Source of the DNA: Paludibacter propionicigenes
GTDB taxonomy: Bacteria > Bacteroidota > Bacteroidia > Bacteroidales > JAFGXI01
DNA: 57,804 bases
Direction: 5' to 3'
NCBI GenBank assembly: GCA_020721655.1
Contig: DYMG01000003.1
Coordinates: forward strand, 1 to 57,804
Below the pieces are notes generated by a model that was not told the origin of the DNA, ran no database searches, and was given only the letters and a program-made list of their open reading frames with translations. Position numbers and translations under genes: made by a program. This document shows positions 1 to 9,995 of the stretch, one piece after another. How positions within the stretch are numbered: the first letter of the stretch is position 1; each line of letters starts with the position of its first letter.

Positions 1-19
1 AAAATTTAATTTATTGTGA

Positions 20-27
20 TACATTTG
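20..27 (+). promoter_or_regulatory. Bacteroidota-type -7 promoter box (TACATTTG) upstream of the DUF4301 gene
   Basis: Perfect TAnnTTTG match 27 nt upstream of the ATG at 55. It lies inside the GTG(16)-initiated ORF of the track, which argues for the ATG(55) start. Confidence 0.4.
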
Positions 28-54
28 TTGAACAACAATAGAAAAATTAGAAAA

Positions 55-1557
55 ATGTTTATAGAAAACGATTTAAAACAAATTTTAGCTAAAGGGCTTA
101 CAAAAGAAAAAGTTGAACAGCAAATTAATAATTTTGTAACCGGATTCCCATTTGCAAATATTGTAAATACAGCAACTCCAGAGAATGGGATTGTTGTTTT
201 AAACAATTCGGAGGTTAGCGATATAGTGGATTTTTATAAAAATGCATCTAAAAAAATATCAATAACTAAGTTTGTTCCGGCTTCGGGTGCTGCCAGTAGA
301 ATGTTTAAAGATTTATTTGAATTTTTAAATTCGGAAAATTCTAATTTTACCAATTTTTCTGAGGTTAAAACATTTTTTGAAAGATTGAAAGATTTTGCTT
401 TTTATGCAGAATTGACAGACGTTTTAAGCAAAAATAATATAGATGAAAATGATTATAAAAAAGTTTTAGAATTTCTTTTAAGCGAGCGTGGTTTAAACTA
501 TGGTTTTTTACCGAAAGCATTAATTAAGTTTCATAAGTATAAAATTAATGCAAAAACATCAATAGAAGAGCATTTATTTGAAGCAGCAAGTTATGCTAAA
601 AACGATAAAAAACAAGCAAATTTGGTTTTTACAGTTTCGGCAGATCATAATTTGTTGTTTCAACAAAAAATTAATGAGGTTAAAGCTGAATGTGAAAATA
701 TGTTTGATGTTAAGTTTAATATTGAATTAACCGAGCAAAAACAATCAACTGACATAATTGCTGTTGATGAAAATAATTTGCCATTTAGAGAAAAAGATGG
801 TTCATTAATTTTTAGACCCGGAGGGCATGGTGCTTTAATTGAAAATTTGAACGAAATAGATGCCGATATAATTTTTATAAAAAATATTGATAATGTTGTG
901 CATCAAAATTTTGCTGGCAAAACTATTGATTATAAGCAAGTTATAGCAGGTGTTCTTTTGAAAACTAAAGCTAAAGTAAATGAGTTGTTAAATAGTATAG
1001 AAAACAATAATTTTAATGCAGATGAGGTTGCAAAAATTTTAAATAATGAGTTTGCAATTAAAACGTCACAAGAATTTAAAAAATATACAAAAAACGAAAA
1101 AACTGATTATTTAAAAACTAAATTAAACCGTCCGATTAGAGTTTGCGGAATGGTTAAAAACGAGGGAGAACCAGGTGGCGGTCCGTTTTGGGTAAAAGAG
1201 GCTGACGGAACTGTTCAGTTACAAATAGTTGAGAGTGCCGAAATTGATAAGAAAAATGTTGAAAATTCAAAAATACTTAACACTTCAACACATTTTAACC
1301 CAGTAGATTTGGTTTGTAGTACAAAAGATTATAAAAATCAGAAATTCGATTTGCTAAACTTTGTAAATTATAGTGCTGGTTTTATTTCAGAAAAATCGAA
1401 AAACGGAAAAGCTTTAAAAGCACAAGAGTTACCAGGTTTGTGGAATGGAGCTATGAGTAATTGGATTACGCTTTTTGTTGAAGTTCCGTTAATAACATTT
1501 AACCCAGTAAAAACTGTAAACGATTTACTTAGAAAAGAACATTTAGAGATAAATTAA
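55..1557 (+). CDS. DUF4301 family protein (UGPase-like nucleotidyltransferase fold)
   Basis: Long ORF with motifs PASGAASRMFKDL, FRPGGHGAL and CGMVKNEGEPGGGPFW, as I remember them from Bacteroidota DUF4301 proteins. Start moved from GTG 16 to ATG 55 (MFIENDLKQIL). Confidence 0.75.
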   Translation: MFIENDLKQILAKGLTKEKVEQQINNFVTGFPFANIVNTATPENGIVVLNNSEVSDIVDFYKNASKKISITKFVPASGAASRMFKDLFEFLNSENSNFTNFSEVKTFFERLKDFAFYAELTDVLSKNNIDENDYKKVLEFLLSERGLNYGFLPKALIKFHKYKINAKTSIEEHLFEAASYAKNDKKQANLVFTVSADHNLLFQQKINEVKAECENMFDVKFNIELTEQKQSTDIIAVDENNLPFREKDGSLIFRPGGHGALIENLNEIDADIIFIKNIDNVVHQNFAGKTIDYKQVIAGVLLKTKAKVNELLNSIENNNFNADEVAKILNNEFAIKTSQEFKKYTKNEKTDYLKTKLNRPIRVCGMVKNEGEPGGGPFWVKEADGTVQLQIVESAEIDKKNVENSKILNTSTHFNPVDLVCSTKDYKNQKFDLLNFVNYSAGFISEKSKNGKALKAQELPGLWNGAMSNWITLFVEVPLITFNPVKTVNDLLRKEHLEIN

Positions 1558-2096
1558 TATTCGGAATCGGCGAAATTTTCCATTTCACCTTCTTCGTCTT
1601 GGTTAAACATATCGTCGTCGTTAAGTAAATCTTCCTCGTCGTATTGGTCCTCGTGTTCCGAAAATTCATCAAAAATATCGGTAATTTCTTGGCCTATAAT
1701 TATTTGTTGTGGAGCAATTCCAGAGTTTAATAAGCAATTTTGTTTAGTGTTTTTTGCAGATTCTTTAGATATTTTTAAGAGTTCAACTTTAAAATATCTT
1801 TCGGAAAAGAAATCGAAAACATAAATAAGTTTATCTCCTTTTTTAGCAATGTATTTGTTTAAAGGAATTTCTTCCATTGTAAAAATTCCGGGTGCAGTTT
1901 TTATAAGTGTTATTTCTTGCCCTTTAGTCCAGTAATTGTCTGAAATAAAGAAAGATGCCATTTGCTTGCCATCGAATTTTGCATTTTCTTGTATTAAGTT
2001 ATGTAGGTCTAATAGCGATTTGTTTTCGTCTAATTGTAGTACAATGGCAAAATTGTGCTTTTCATTTTTGCATTTTACAGAAAGCTCAAAAATCAT
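1554..2096 (-). CDS. hypothetical protein, degenerate pRiA4b ORF-3 / MM3350-like domain with an acidic C-terminal tail
   Basis: 180-aa ORF. LHNLIQENAKF...ASFFIS and LIYVFDFFSERYFKVELL resemble the LHxxIQxAxGW..H.F and YxYDFGDxWxHxI pattern of that family, but key residues are replaced. The tail is D/E-rich (DEEDLLNDDDMFNQDEEGEMENFADSEY). Confidence 0.55.
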   Translation of the reverse strand: MIFELSVKCKNEKHNFAIVLQLDENKSLLDLHNLIQENAKFDGKQMASFFISDNYWTKGQEITLIKTAPGIFTMEEIPLNKYIAKKGDKLIYVFDFFSERYFKVELLKISKESAKNTKQNCLLNSGIAPQQIIIGQEITDIFDEFSEHEDQYDEEDLLNDDDMFNQDEEGEMENFADSEY

Positions 2097-2144
2097 ATAA
2101 TTAAAGTTGATTAGTTAGAAATTGTTACAAAGATATAAATTCGC

Positions 2145-3152
2145 TTATAAATTTAATAAAAAATTTAATGTGTCTATATTATCGGCATAATCGGTTAAGT
2201 TTGGACTTTGGGTTTGTCCAAATTTGGTGTGTTCATCTGAAATGTTTGAAACAATAACTTGTAATTTTTCTTTGTCGTTTTCAATTCTATTGTAAATTGT
2301 TTCTATGTTCGAGTAGTTTTCGTAGTAAATTACCGAAATTGGCGACGAATAGCTAATGTTTTTGGTTAGTAACAGAAAATTATTAGAGAAGTGTTTAATT
2401 TTATTAAGTAAAAATAATGAGCTATTGTAATCGTAATTGTTTGCGTATTTGTTGTTTGTGTAAACGTCTGAAAATGATTGCATAGAATCTAAAAAGGCTG
2501 TAAAATTATAATTATTTGGCACGAAAATTTTTGATACATTTCTGCAACCTAATCCGTAGTATGCAAAAATATCAGTTCCTAAGTTTTTAAAATCTTGTTC
2601 TGTTTCTTTTCCGTTTAGTATTGCTATTGATGTTCTATTTTTTCTAATTATATGCGGATATTTGTTAAAATAATAATCGAAATATTTGGAAGAATTATCG
2701 CTTCCAGTAGCAATAACGGCATCGAAATTTTTTAAAATAGAATCGGTAAATGTTATTTTTTTTTCAAATTTGGGTTCAATTTCAATCAATAATTTTGCAA
2801 TTTCTTTTAGTAAAATATTGTCTTTTGTAGAAAGTTTAACAATTATTTTGTGTCCCGAAATAAGTACCGATAAAAAATCGTGGAAACCAACTAAAGGAAT
2901 GTTTCCAGCCATTATTACTGCAACGTTTTTTTCGGTTTTGTATTTGTTTAACTTTGGGTAGTTGTTAATCCATTTGTTTAGGTTCTCTTTTTCTAACATT
3001 TTAGATATTTCTAAAATGGAAAAATTAATGTTTTTTTGTGTAAACCATCGGTTGTTTTCTTCGGCTTTTTTGCAAATTTTTTGGTCTATTTTTTTTTCAG
3101 ACAATAGTTTGCCTAATAATGAAAACGCACTTATTCTATCGGCTAAATTCAT
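2145..3152 (-). CDS. acyl-CoA reductase (LuxC-like) family protein
   Basis: 335-aa ORF with MAGNIPLVGFHDFLSVLISGHK, DAVIATGSDNSSKYFDYYF and GLGCRNVSKIFVP, motifs I associate with the Bacteroidota LuxC-like acyl-CoA reductase family. Confidence 0.8.
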   Translation of the reverse strand: MNLADRISAFSLLGKLLSEKKIDQKICKKAEENNRWFTQKNINFSILEISKMLEKENLNKWINNYPKLNKYKTEKNVAVIMAGNIPLVGFHDFLSVLISGHKIIVKLSTKDNILLKEIAKLLIEIEPKFEKKITFTDSILKNFDAVIATGSDNSSKYFDYYFNKYPHIIRKNRTSIAILNGKETEQDFKNLGTDIFAYYGLGCRNVSKIFVPNNYNFTAFLDSMQSFSDVYTNNKYANNYDYNSSLFLLNKIKHFSNNFLLLTKNISYSSPISVIYYENYSNIETIYNRIENDKEKLQVIVSNISDEHTKFGQTQSPNLTDYADNIDTLNFLLNL

Positions 3153-3173
3153 AATTTTTTAAACAAATGTTTT

Positions 3174-3545
3174 TTAATTCGCAAATGGAAGTATGTTAGA
3201 AAAAAATGTGCTAACAGCCAAAATATATAAAAAAATAATAACAACAAAAATACTTGATAGCGAAATGCCAACAATTGCAGTTATTCGTCCTGCATTTAAG
3301 TTTTTATAAGAGCTTTCGGTATATTTATCGGGGTTTGCTTTGTATAATTTATTTGAATTATGACTTATTGAAAGTGCAATAATTCCGGTTATAATTCCAA
3401 CAATTCCGTAACACCAGAAAGATGAAATAGATATTATTCCTAAAACTAGTGTTCCTGTAGCACTTGGTAAATCTTGTTTTTGAAAATATTGATTAGCTTG
3501 GTTAGAATTAGTGTTTTGTGTATTATTTTCTTGTTCCATATTCAA
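3174..3545 (-). CDS. small integral membrane protein (DUF4190 / CCC-motif-membrane-protein-like)
   Basis: 123 aa with an N/Q-rich N-terminus followed by two long hydrophobic segments. Its ATG overlaps the stop of the upstream DUF2752 gene by 4 nt, suggesting translational coupling. Confidence 0.6.
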   Translation of the reverse strand: MNMEQENNTQNTNSNQANQYFQKQDLPSATGTLVLGIISISSFWCYGIVGIITGIIALSISHNSNKLYKANPDKYTESSYKNLNAGRITAIVGISLSSIFVVIIFLYILAVSTFFSNILPFAN

Positions 3546-3844
3546 TTAATTTCAATTAATTTGTAAATATAACTAAAAATAGTAATCGCAATGGTAAAAA
3601 TAAACCAATAAATTAAAATATTACTTCCGTACGTAAATTTAAAAATTAAGTGTAAAATAAGAAAAGTGAAAAGAATAATTATTGGTATTAATGCCGGATA
3701 TGCTATAAAACTATCGACAAAATTGCCTTTTAATAGTTCAATAAAAGAAGTTTGCATTCCACAACCAGGACAATCAAAATCAAAATGTTTTTTTATTAAA
3801 CATGGTTTTTGATTTTTTTCTAAAAATTTTATAATTGGTTTCAT
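3542..3844 (-). CDS. DUF2752 domain-containing membrane protein
   Basis: CPGCGMQTSF motif followed by hydrophobic helices. Start set to the internal ATG (MKPIIKFLEKN) at 3844, because the track start at 3910 would overlap the upstream gene by 49 nt. Confidence 0.7.
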   Translation of the reverse strand: MKPIIKFLEKNQKPCLIKKHFDFDCPGCGMQTSFIELLKGNFVDSFIAYPALIPIIILFTFLILHLIFKFTYGSNILIYWFIFTIAITIFSYIYKLIEIN

Positions 3845-3861
3845 ATTAAATTTGTTGTTTT

Positions 3862-5043
3862 TTACAGTGTTTCGTAAGTGTCTGAAAACCAATTTTCTGC
3901 TAAAATCCATGCGTTGTTTCTGGTTTCTTTTGTATTGTAAAAATCGAAGGCTTTTTCCGCAACAGTGCTAAAATTGCAGCCATATTTGTAAAAAAGTCGG
4001 GTAAATTCAATTGGTGAAATACCTGTTTGTTGAACTTCTCTAAAATTTTTCTGAATTTCTTCGAAAATTATAGATTTACGTTTCTCGAATTTAAAATTAT
4101 TGTACAATTCTATATTGTATGTTATTTGGCTAATATTTAGTTTTTTTGAAATAATATTGAAAATTTTTTTTATTTTAGTTTTGTTGTTTGGGGTAAAATC
4201 CTCATTTATAAATATTTGGTTGTGTTTTGTTTGTATTAAATTAGTAGAATAATTTTCTGTCCACGAATTTATAATTTCTTTTTCTATAATATTTGTGTTG
4301 AAAATTTTGTTTAGTGTGGTTAAAATTTCAGAATTTGTATGTTTAATTTTTGTTTTAATTATAAGCGACGAGTAATATGGTAAAATGCTTATTGATTGCT
4401 TATTTAAGTTAATAATAAGAGGGTTTGAAAGCATTAATTTATAGCGAGGAATTTCTAAAAAAATGTATTTTTTTATATTGTTAGGCATCGAAAATATTAA
4501 AATTTTAGAGTAAATTTTTTTTGTTTCGCCGTTGTGTTTAAATAAAATTATATTGTTATTATTCTCATTATTAATGCTTTCAATTTCAGCTAAATTATAA
4601 ATAAATGTATTATGTTTTTTTGCAGTTATTGCGGTATCAATAAACAATCGTGAATAGTTGTATTTATAACCCTCTAAATTAATGGCATAAGTGAATTTGG
4701 TTTTTTTTAAAACAGGTTCTATTTCATATAATTTTCTTTTATTTAGTATTATTGATGAGTTAAATTTACTGATGTGAAATAAAGTGCTAAGTTTCTGATT
4801 GATAGAATTTTGATTTTTAGGCGTTTTAATTAAATTAGTTTCTATAAAATTATTAGCAGAGATAGCCGACAATTTTTTTTTTTCGCCAAACACAAAATCA
4901 ATTTTTTTGTTAATCGCTAAATTTTCAACTTTGTTTTCCAACAAAAAACAGGTTTTTAGTTTATTTGCCGATGCAATTAGAGCAATTTCTGCACTTAAAA
5001 TATCGGAACCTATTATTGTTATGTCGAAAGAATTATTCATCAC
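3862..5043 (-). CDS. FAD-dependent oxidoreductase-like protein (GlpD-like?) with a degenerate dinucleotide-binding motif
   Basis: 393-aa ORF. The N-terminus FDITIIGSDILSAEIALIAS sits where GxGxxG is expected, but only the first Gly is kept. The C-terminus (GISPIEFTRLFYKYGCNFSTVAEKAF) resembles the GlpD C-terminal domain. The product call is weak. Confidence 0.5.
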   Translation of the reverse strand: MMNNSFDITIIGSDILSAEIALIASANKLKTCFLLENKVENLAINKKIDFVFGEKKKLSAISANNFIETNLIKTPKNQNSINQKLSTLFHISKFNSSIILNKRKLYEIEPVLKKTKFTYAINLEGYKYNYSRLFIDTAITAKKHNTFIYNLAEIESINNENNNNIILFKHNGETKKIYSKILIFSMPNNIKKYIFLEIPRYKLMLSNPLIINLNKQSISILPYYSSLIIKTKIKHTNSEILTTLNKIFNTNIIEKEIINSWTENYSTNLIQTKHNQIFINEDFTPNNKTKIKKIFNIISKKLNISQITYNIELYNNFKFEKRKSIIFEEIQKNFREVQQTGISPIEFTRLFYKYGCNFSTVAEKAFDFYNTKETRNNAWILAENWFSDTYETL

Positions 5044-5125
5044 AAAAAAACAAAGTAAACAATTTTAATTTAAATTACCATCAATAATAGGATAGTAGTT
5101 GTTAAAAAATGCCGATGATATTGTT

Positions 5126-5133
5126 TACTTTTG
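5126..5133 (+). promoter_or_regulatory. -7 promoter box TACTTTTG upstream of the GT4 gene
   Basis: Perfect TAnnTTTG match 19 nt upstream of the ATG at 5153. Confidence 0.4.
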
Positions 5134-5152
5134 AATTTTACAATTTTTTTGA

Positions 5153-6358
5153 ATGAATATATTACAATTAACAAATAAAATGCCTTATCCTGCCAAAGAT
5201 GGAGGTTCAATAGCTACATTAAACCTAAGCAAAGGCTTTGTTAATAATGGTAATCGTGTTACAATTTTATCGATGAACACATCAAAACACTTTTTTGAAA
5301 AAAAGGATATTCCAACTGAACTAACCGATAAAATTAATTTTAAAACCGTTTATGTTGAAACTTCTATAAATTTTACAGATGCTTTGAGTAATTTGCTATT
5401 TTCAAAACTTCCGTACAATGCAGTTCGATTTATAGACGATAATTATAAAAATAAACTTATAAATATATTAAAAACAGTAGATTTTGATATAGTTCAGTTA
5501 GAAGGAATTTATTTGGCTCCATACATTGAAACAATTAAAAAATATTCAAACTCTAAAATAGTTTTACGAGCTCATAATATAGAACACGAAATATGGAAGC
5601 GAGTATCGGCAAACGAAACAAATGCTGTAAAGAAAAAATATTTAAGTGTATTATCGGGTAGAATTAAAAAATTTGAAGAATCGTATATAAATAAATACGA
5701 TTTGTTGGTGCCAATAACTGTGCGAGATTTGGAAGTTTTTAATAAAATGGGCAACAAAAAACCTGCATTTGTTTCAATGACGGGGATAGATACAACCGCA
5801 ATAATTTCAAATACCGACGATGTGGAATTCCCATCAATTTTTCATATAGGAGCTTTAGATTGGGCTCCAAACCAAGAAGGTTTGTTGTGGTTTTTTAATA
5901 ATGTTTGGGGCAATTTGTCGAAAAAATTTCCAAATGTAAACATATATATTGCCGGGCGAAACGCACCACAAAGTTTAATAGATAAAATAAATAAACAGCC
6001 CAACACTGTTTTTTTAGGAGAAGTTGAAGATGCATATTCTTTTATGAATTCTAAAGCAATAATGATTGTTCCTTTGTACTCTGGTAGCGGAATGCGAATA
6101 AAAATAATTGAAGGAATGGCTTTAAATAAAACAATTGTTTCAACAAAAATTGGAGCCGAAGGGATACCAGTTGAAAATGGGAAAAATATTCTTTTAGCAA
6201 ATTCAGCTCAAGAATTTTCAACTGCCATAGAAAAACTAATAGCTAATCGCGATTTATTTAATAAAATTGGGAAAAATGCCAAAAAATTTATTGTCGAAAA
6301 CTACGATAACGATACAATTTTGTTGAATCTTATTGATTTCTACAATAAATATATATAA
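5153..6358 (+). CDS. glycosyltransferase family 4
   Basis: 401 aa with a GT-B C-terminal signature (GSGMRIKIIEGMALNKTIVSTKIGAEGI) and an N-terminal GT4-type domain (PYPAKDGGSIATLNLSKG). Confidence 0.85.
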   Translation: MNILQLTNKMPYPAKDGGSIATLNLSKGFVNNGNRVTILSMNTSKHFFEKKDIPTELTDKINFKTVYVETSINFTDALSNLLFSKLPYNAVRFIDDNYKNKLINILKTVDFDIVQLEGIYLAPYIETIKKYSNSKIVLRAHNIEHEIWKRVSANETNAVKKKYLSVLSGRIKKFEESYINKYDLLVPITVRDLEVFNKMGNKKPAFVSMTGIDTTAIISNTDDVEFPSIFHIGALDWAPNQEGLLWFFNNVWGNLSKKFPNVNIYIAGRNAPQSLIDKINKQPNTVFLGEVEDAYSFMNSKAIMIVPLYSGSGMRIKIIEGMALNKTIVSTKIGAEGIPVENGKNILLANSAQEFSTAIEKLIANRDLFNKIGKNAKKFIVENYDNDTILLNLIDFYNKYI

Positions 6359-6372
6359 TTTTATATACGAAA

Positions 6373-9300
6373 ATGAAATTAACTAATTCAATATTACTGT
6401 TTTTATTAGGAATAGTTTTATTGTCGTCTATAAATATCATAAATAAAATAAGTGTAAGCATAAACGAAATAAATTCACAAGAAATTCAAAAAAACTTACG
6501 ATTTCAAGAAAAATTATTAGAAAAAACATTAATTGAGTATTCAAAACACAACATTCAAAATATAAATAGCGAATTACAAAAAAATAACTTTACAATATTA
6601 GTATATAAGAACAATTCTATTATAAAATGGACAGATAACAATTTTGTATATAATATAAAATGGAATAAATTATTTGAAAATAAAGGAGTTTATAAAATTG
6701 GTAGCTACATTGTTATTTCAAAAATATTAAACGAAAACAATCTAAAGTATGTAGGTTTTTTTATAATTAAGAATGATTTTGCATTTGAAAATGAATATCT
6801 TAAAAATACTTTTAGTCGTAAATTGCAAATACCTGACAATTACGATATTGATTTTGAAAATAATAATAACAGAATAAACCTTGAAAACGGAGACTTTGCT
6901 TTTAGTTTAATTAAGAAAAAAGATTTTTACTCGCTTATTTTAACATTTATTTATAACATACTATTTATAATAGCAATAGCTGTTATTTTAATAGCAATTA
7001 GAAAAATTTTATACAATATTTCAGGAAAATATAATCCTGTAATTTATCAATTTATAACAATTGCTTCTTATTCAATAATTTGGATATTGTTTTTTAATAT
7101 TAGAAATCCAATATTAGTTTATTATTCGCCTTTGTTTTCGCCATTTAATTATGCTCAAAGTGGTTTGTTTCCATCTTTTGGCGATTTTATATTGGCAACA
7201 ATTTTTATTTTAGGAATATCGTACAATTATTTTAAGTATTTTAATACAAGTAGTTTAAAACATAAAAAAACAATATGGTATAATTCAACATTTATTGCAA
7301 TATCGTCAATTTTAATAGTAGTTTTTTACACAGTTTTTTTATATTTATTAAATTCCTTAATATTCAATTCTAACATAAATATAAAATTATATGAACTAAA
7401 AAACTTAAACATATATTCGGCACTTTTCTATTTTTCTATTTTTCTGCTTTTGCTCTCATTCTTTTTATTTCTCGATAAAACAACTAAAATATTAGCAACA
7501 ATAATAAGTCTAAGGAAAACAATATTGTTTTTTTTAATAATTTTTTTGCCAACATTTATACTCTTATATTTGTTATTCTTTAGTTTTAACTATGTTGCAA
7601 TAATATATTTTGTGTTACTTGTTGCAATAGTCTTATTTGCAAACTTCTACAAAAAAATATATACTTATTGGCTAATAGTTATAATTACACTGTTAAGCTC
7701 AATTTTTATTGGATATTTTTCGACAATAAAAAGCAATGAAAAAGAAAAAGATTTGCGTAAACTTTTTGCAGTTGGAATTTCGAGTAATCGCGATTTTGTT
7801 GCCGAATCTCAGTTCGCCGACTTCGAATATAAAATTATAAACGATTCAAAATTAGGGGGACTTATTCAAAACCCAAATCAAAATAACGAGGCTATTTATA
7901 AGCACATAAATAATAATTATTTTCATAGTTATTGGTCTAAATTTAGTTCTGAAATAACTATTTGCGGGTCTAAAAAATATTTCAACGAAGAAAACGAAAC
8001 CTCAAATTGTAGAAACTATTTTAATTACTTAATTAAAAATTACGGAAGAGATATACCCGGTAGCGGATTTAAATATTTAGATGTTCAAGATGGTAGAATT
8101 CATTACTTTACAATTTTCAACTATAGGTTGCCTGCCGACTCATCAGAAGTAAATATTTATATAGAGCTAATTTCTAAATTAAGAACAGAAAAATTGGGAT
8201 TTCCTAAATTGTTAATAGCTAATTATAACGATGATTTTAAACAAAATTCAGACTATTCGTATTCTAAATATGTAAACAATAAACTTATTTTCGAATACGG
8301 TAATTATTTTTATAATTTAACACAAAACATTTCAAAAGAACATAAAAATGAATTTACATTTGTTGATAGAAACGATTATAATCACTTAATATACAGAAAT
8401 AAAGATAACATAACAATAGTAAGCGTAAAAGAAATTTCTTTTATAAATTATATGGCAACACATTCATATTTATTTGTGTTTTTTACAATAATGGTACTTG
8501 CTCTAATTTTAATTACAAACCCAAAATTGTTGAAAAATATGTTTACTATGAATTTGAAAAACACAATTCAATTTTCAATGATTGGAATACTCATTTTTTC
8601 ACTCATAACAATTGGAATTTCTACCGCATTTTTAAGTATTAACCAATCAAAAAAAACAAATACTAAAGAAATTAGTGAAAAAACACAATCAATTATTGTA
8701 GAACTTCAACAAAAATTTGGAAACTACAAAAAACTTAATAAAACAGATGCCGATTATATAAAATATTTATTAGAAAAATGGTCGTACGTTTTCTTTACTG
8801 ATATAAATATATACGATAAAAAAGGAAATCTTATTTCAAGTTCACGCCCCGAAATATTTGAGAAAAAAATTATAGGCACTTTAATAAATCCTTTGGCATA
8901 CGAGCAAATATATGTCCAAAAAAATTCGGAATACATTCATAATGAAAATATTGGCTATTTAGATTACACTGCATCTTACACCCCTTTGCTTAACAATAAA
9001 AATGAAATATTAGCTTATGTAAATTTATCGTATTTTTCAAAAAAAGACACTTTTTCCGAAACAATTAGCGACTTAATTATAACATTATTAAATATTTACG
9101 CATTACTTTCAATAATAACAATATTCGCAGGAATATTGCTGTCGCAAAGTATAACCCGACCACTTTTTGAAATAAAACAAAAATTTGGCGAAATTAACCT
9201 AATAAAAGTAAATACACCAGTAATATATAAACGCAAAGACGAAATTGGAGAACTTGTAAACGAGTACAATAGAGTTATTTCAGAATTAGAAGAAAATGCA

Positions 9301-9987
9301 AAATTGTTAGCAAAATCTGAGAGAGAAAGTGCTTGGCGAGAAATGGCAAAACAAATTGCTCACGAAATAAAAAACCCACTAACTCCAATGAAACTAAGTA
9401 TCCAATATTTACTGCTTTCGTGGAAAAACAAAGACAAAGATTTTGATTCTCGAATAAACAATGTTTCTATAACTTTAGTTGAGCAAATTGATGCACTTTC
9501 TAATATTGCATCGGAATTTTCAGATTTTGCAAAAATTCCGCGAACACAAAAGGAAAATGTAAATTTATACTCACTTATAACAAATGTAGTTGAATTGTTT
9601 AAAAACGATGAAATAAAATTTGAATTCATAAATGTTAAAAATAAAGAACTTACATCTTTTATCGATAAGGAGCAACTACTAAGGGTATTTAATAACCTAA
9701 TTAAGAATGCAATACAGTCGGTGCCTGTTGATAGAAATCCAATAATTTTGATAGAAATTGAAGAAAAAAATAAAACCGCAATAATTAAAATTACCGACAA
9801 CGGAAAAGGCATTCCAACCGAAATAGTTGACAAACTTTTTATCCCTAATTTTACAACAAAAACAAGTGGAAGTGGCTTAGGATTAGCAATTTGTAAAAAT
9901 ATTATTGAAATGAGTAACGGAAAAATATATTTCAACACTATTGAAAATAAAGGCTCTACTTTTGTTGTTGAACTCCCAATTTTATAA
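6373..9987 (+). CDS. large polytopic sensor histidine kinase (NtrY-like HAMP-HisKA-HATPase core)
   Basis: 1204 aa with many hydrophobic helices in the N-terminal 750 aa. It has a HAMP-like segment (RPLFEIKQKF...DEIGELVNEYNRVISELEE), an H-box (AWREMAKQIAHEIKNPLTPMKLS), an N-box (NLIKNAIQS), G1 (DNGKGIP) and G2 (GSGLGLAICKNI). Confidence 0.85.
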   Translation: MKLTNSILLFLLGIVLLSSINIINKISVSINEINSQEIQKNLRFQEKLLEKTLIEYSKHNIQNINSELQKNNFTILVYKNNSIIKWTDNNFVYNIKWNKLFENKGVYKIGSYIVISKILNENNLKYVGFFIIKNDFAFENEYLKNTFSRKLQIPDNYDIDFENNNNRINLENGDFAFSLIKKKDFYSLILTFIYNILFIIAIAVILIAIRKILYNISGKYNPVIYQFITIASYSIIWILFFNIRNPILVYYSPLFSPFNYAQSGLFPSFGDFILATIFILGISYNYFKYFNTSSLKHKKTIWYNSTFIAISSILIVVFYTVFLYLLNSLIFNSNINIKLYELKNLNIYSALFYFSIFLLLLSFFLFLDKTTKILATIISLRKTILFFLIIFLPTFILLYLLFFSFNYVAIIYFVLLVAIVLFANFYKKIYTYWLIVIITLLSSIFIGYFSTIKSNEKEKDLRKLFAVGISSNRDFVAESQFADFEYKIINDSKLGGLIQNPNQNNEAIYKHINNNYFHSYWSKFSSEITICGSKKYFNEENETSNCRNYFNYLIKNYGRDIPGSGFKYLDVQDGRIHYFTIFNYRLPADSSEVNIYIELISKLRTEKLGFPKLLIANYNDDFKQNSDYSYSKYVNNKLIFEYGNYFYNLTQNISKEHKNEFTFVDRNDYNHLIYRNKDNITIVSVKEISFINYMATHSYLFVFFTIMVLALILITNPKLLKNMFTMNLKNTIQFSMIGILIFSLITIGISTAFLSINQSKKTNTKEISEKTQSIIVELQQKFGNYKKLNKTDADYIKYLLEKWSYVFFTDINIYDKKGNLISSSRPEIFEKKIIGTLINPLAYEQIYVQKNSEYIHNENIGYLDYTASYTPLLNNKNEILAYVNLSYFSKKDTFSETISDLIITLLNIYALLSIITIFAGILLSQSITRPLFEIKQKFGEINLIKVNTPVIYKRKDEIGELVNEYNRVISELEENAKLLAKSERESAWREMAKQIAHEIKNPLTPMKLSIQYLLLSWKNKDKDFDSRINNVSITLVEQIDALSNIASEFSDFAKIPRTQKENVNLYSLITNVVELFKNDEIKFEFINVKNKELTSFIDKEQLLRVFNNLIKNAIQSVPVDRNPIILIEIEEKNKTAIIKITDNGKGIPTEIVDKLFIPNFTTKTSGSGLGLAICKNIIEMSNGKIYFNTIENKGSTFVVELPIL

Positions 9988-9995
9988 CATAAGTT

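Noticed and set aside
9360-9938. 192-aa ORF antisense to the HATPase region of the large histidine kinase
   Set aside because: The plus-strand frame carries textbook H, N, G1 and G2 boxes. The antisense product is hydrophobic, low-complexity and motif-free.
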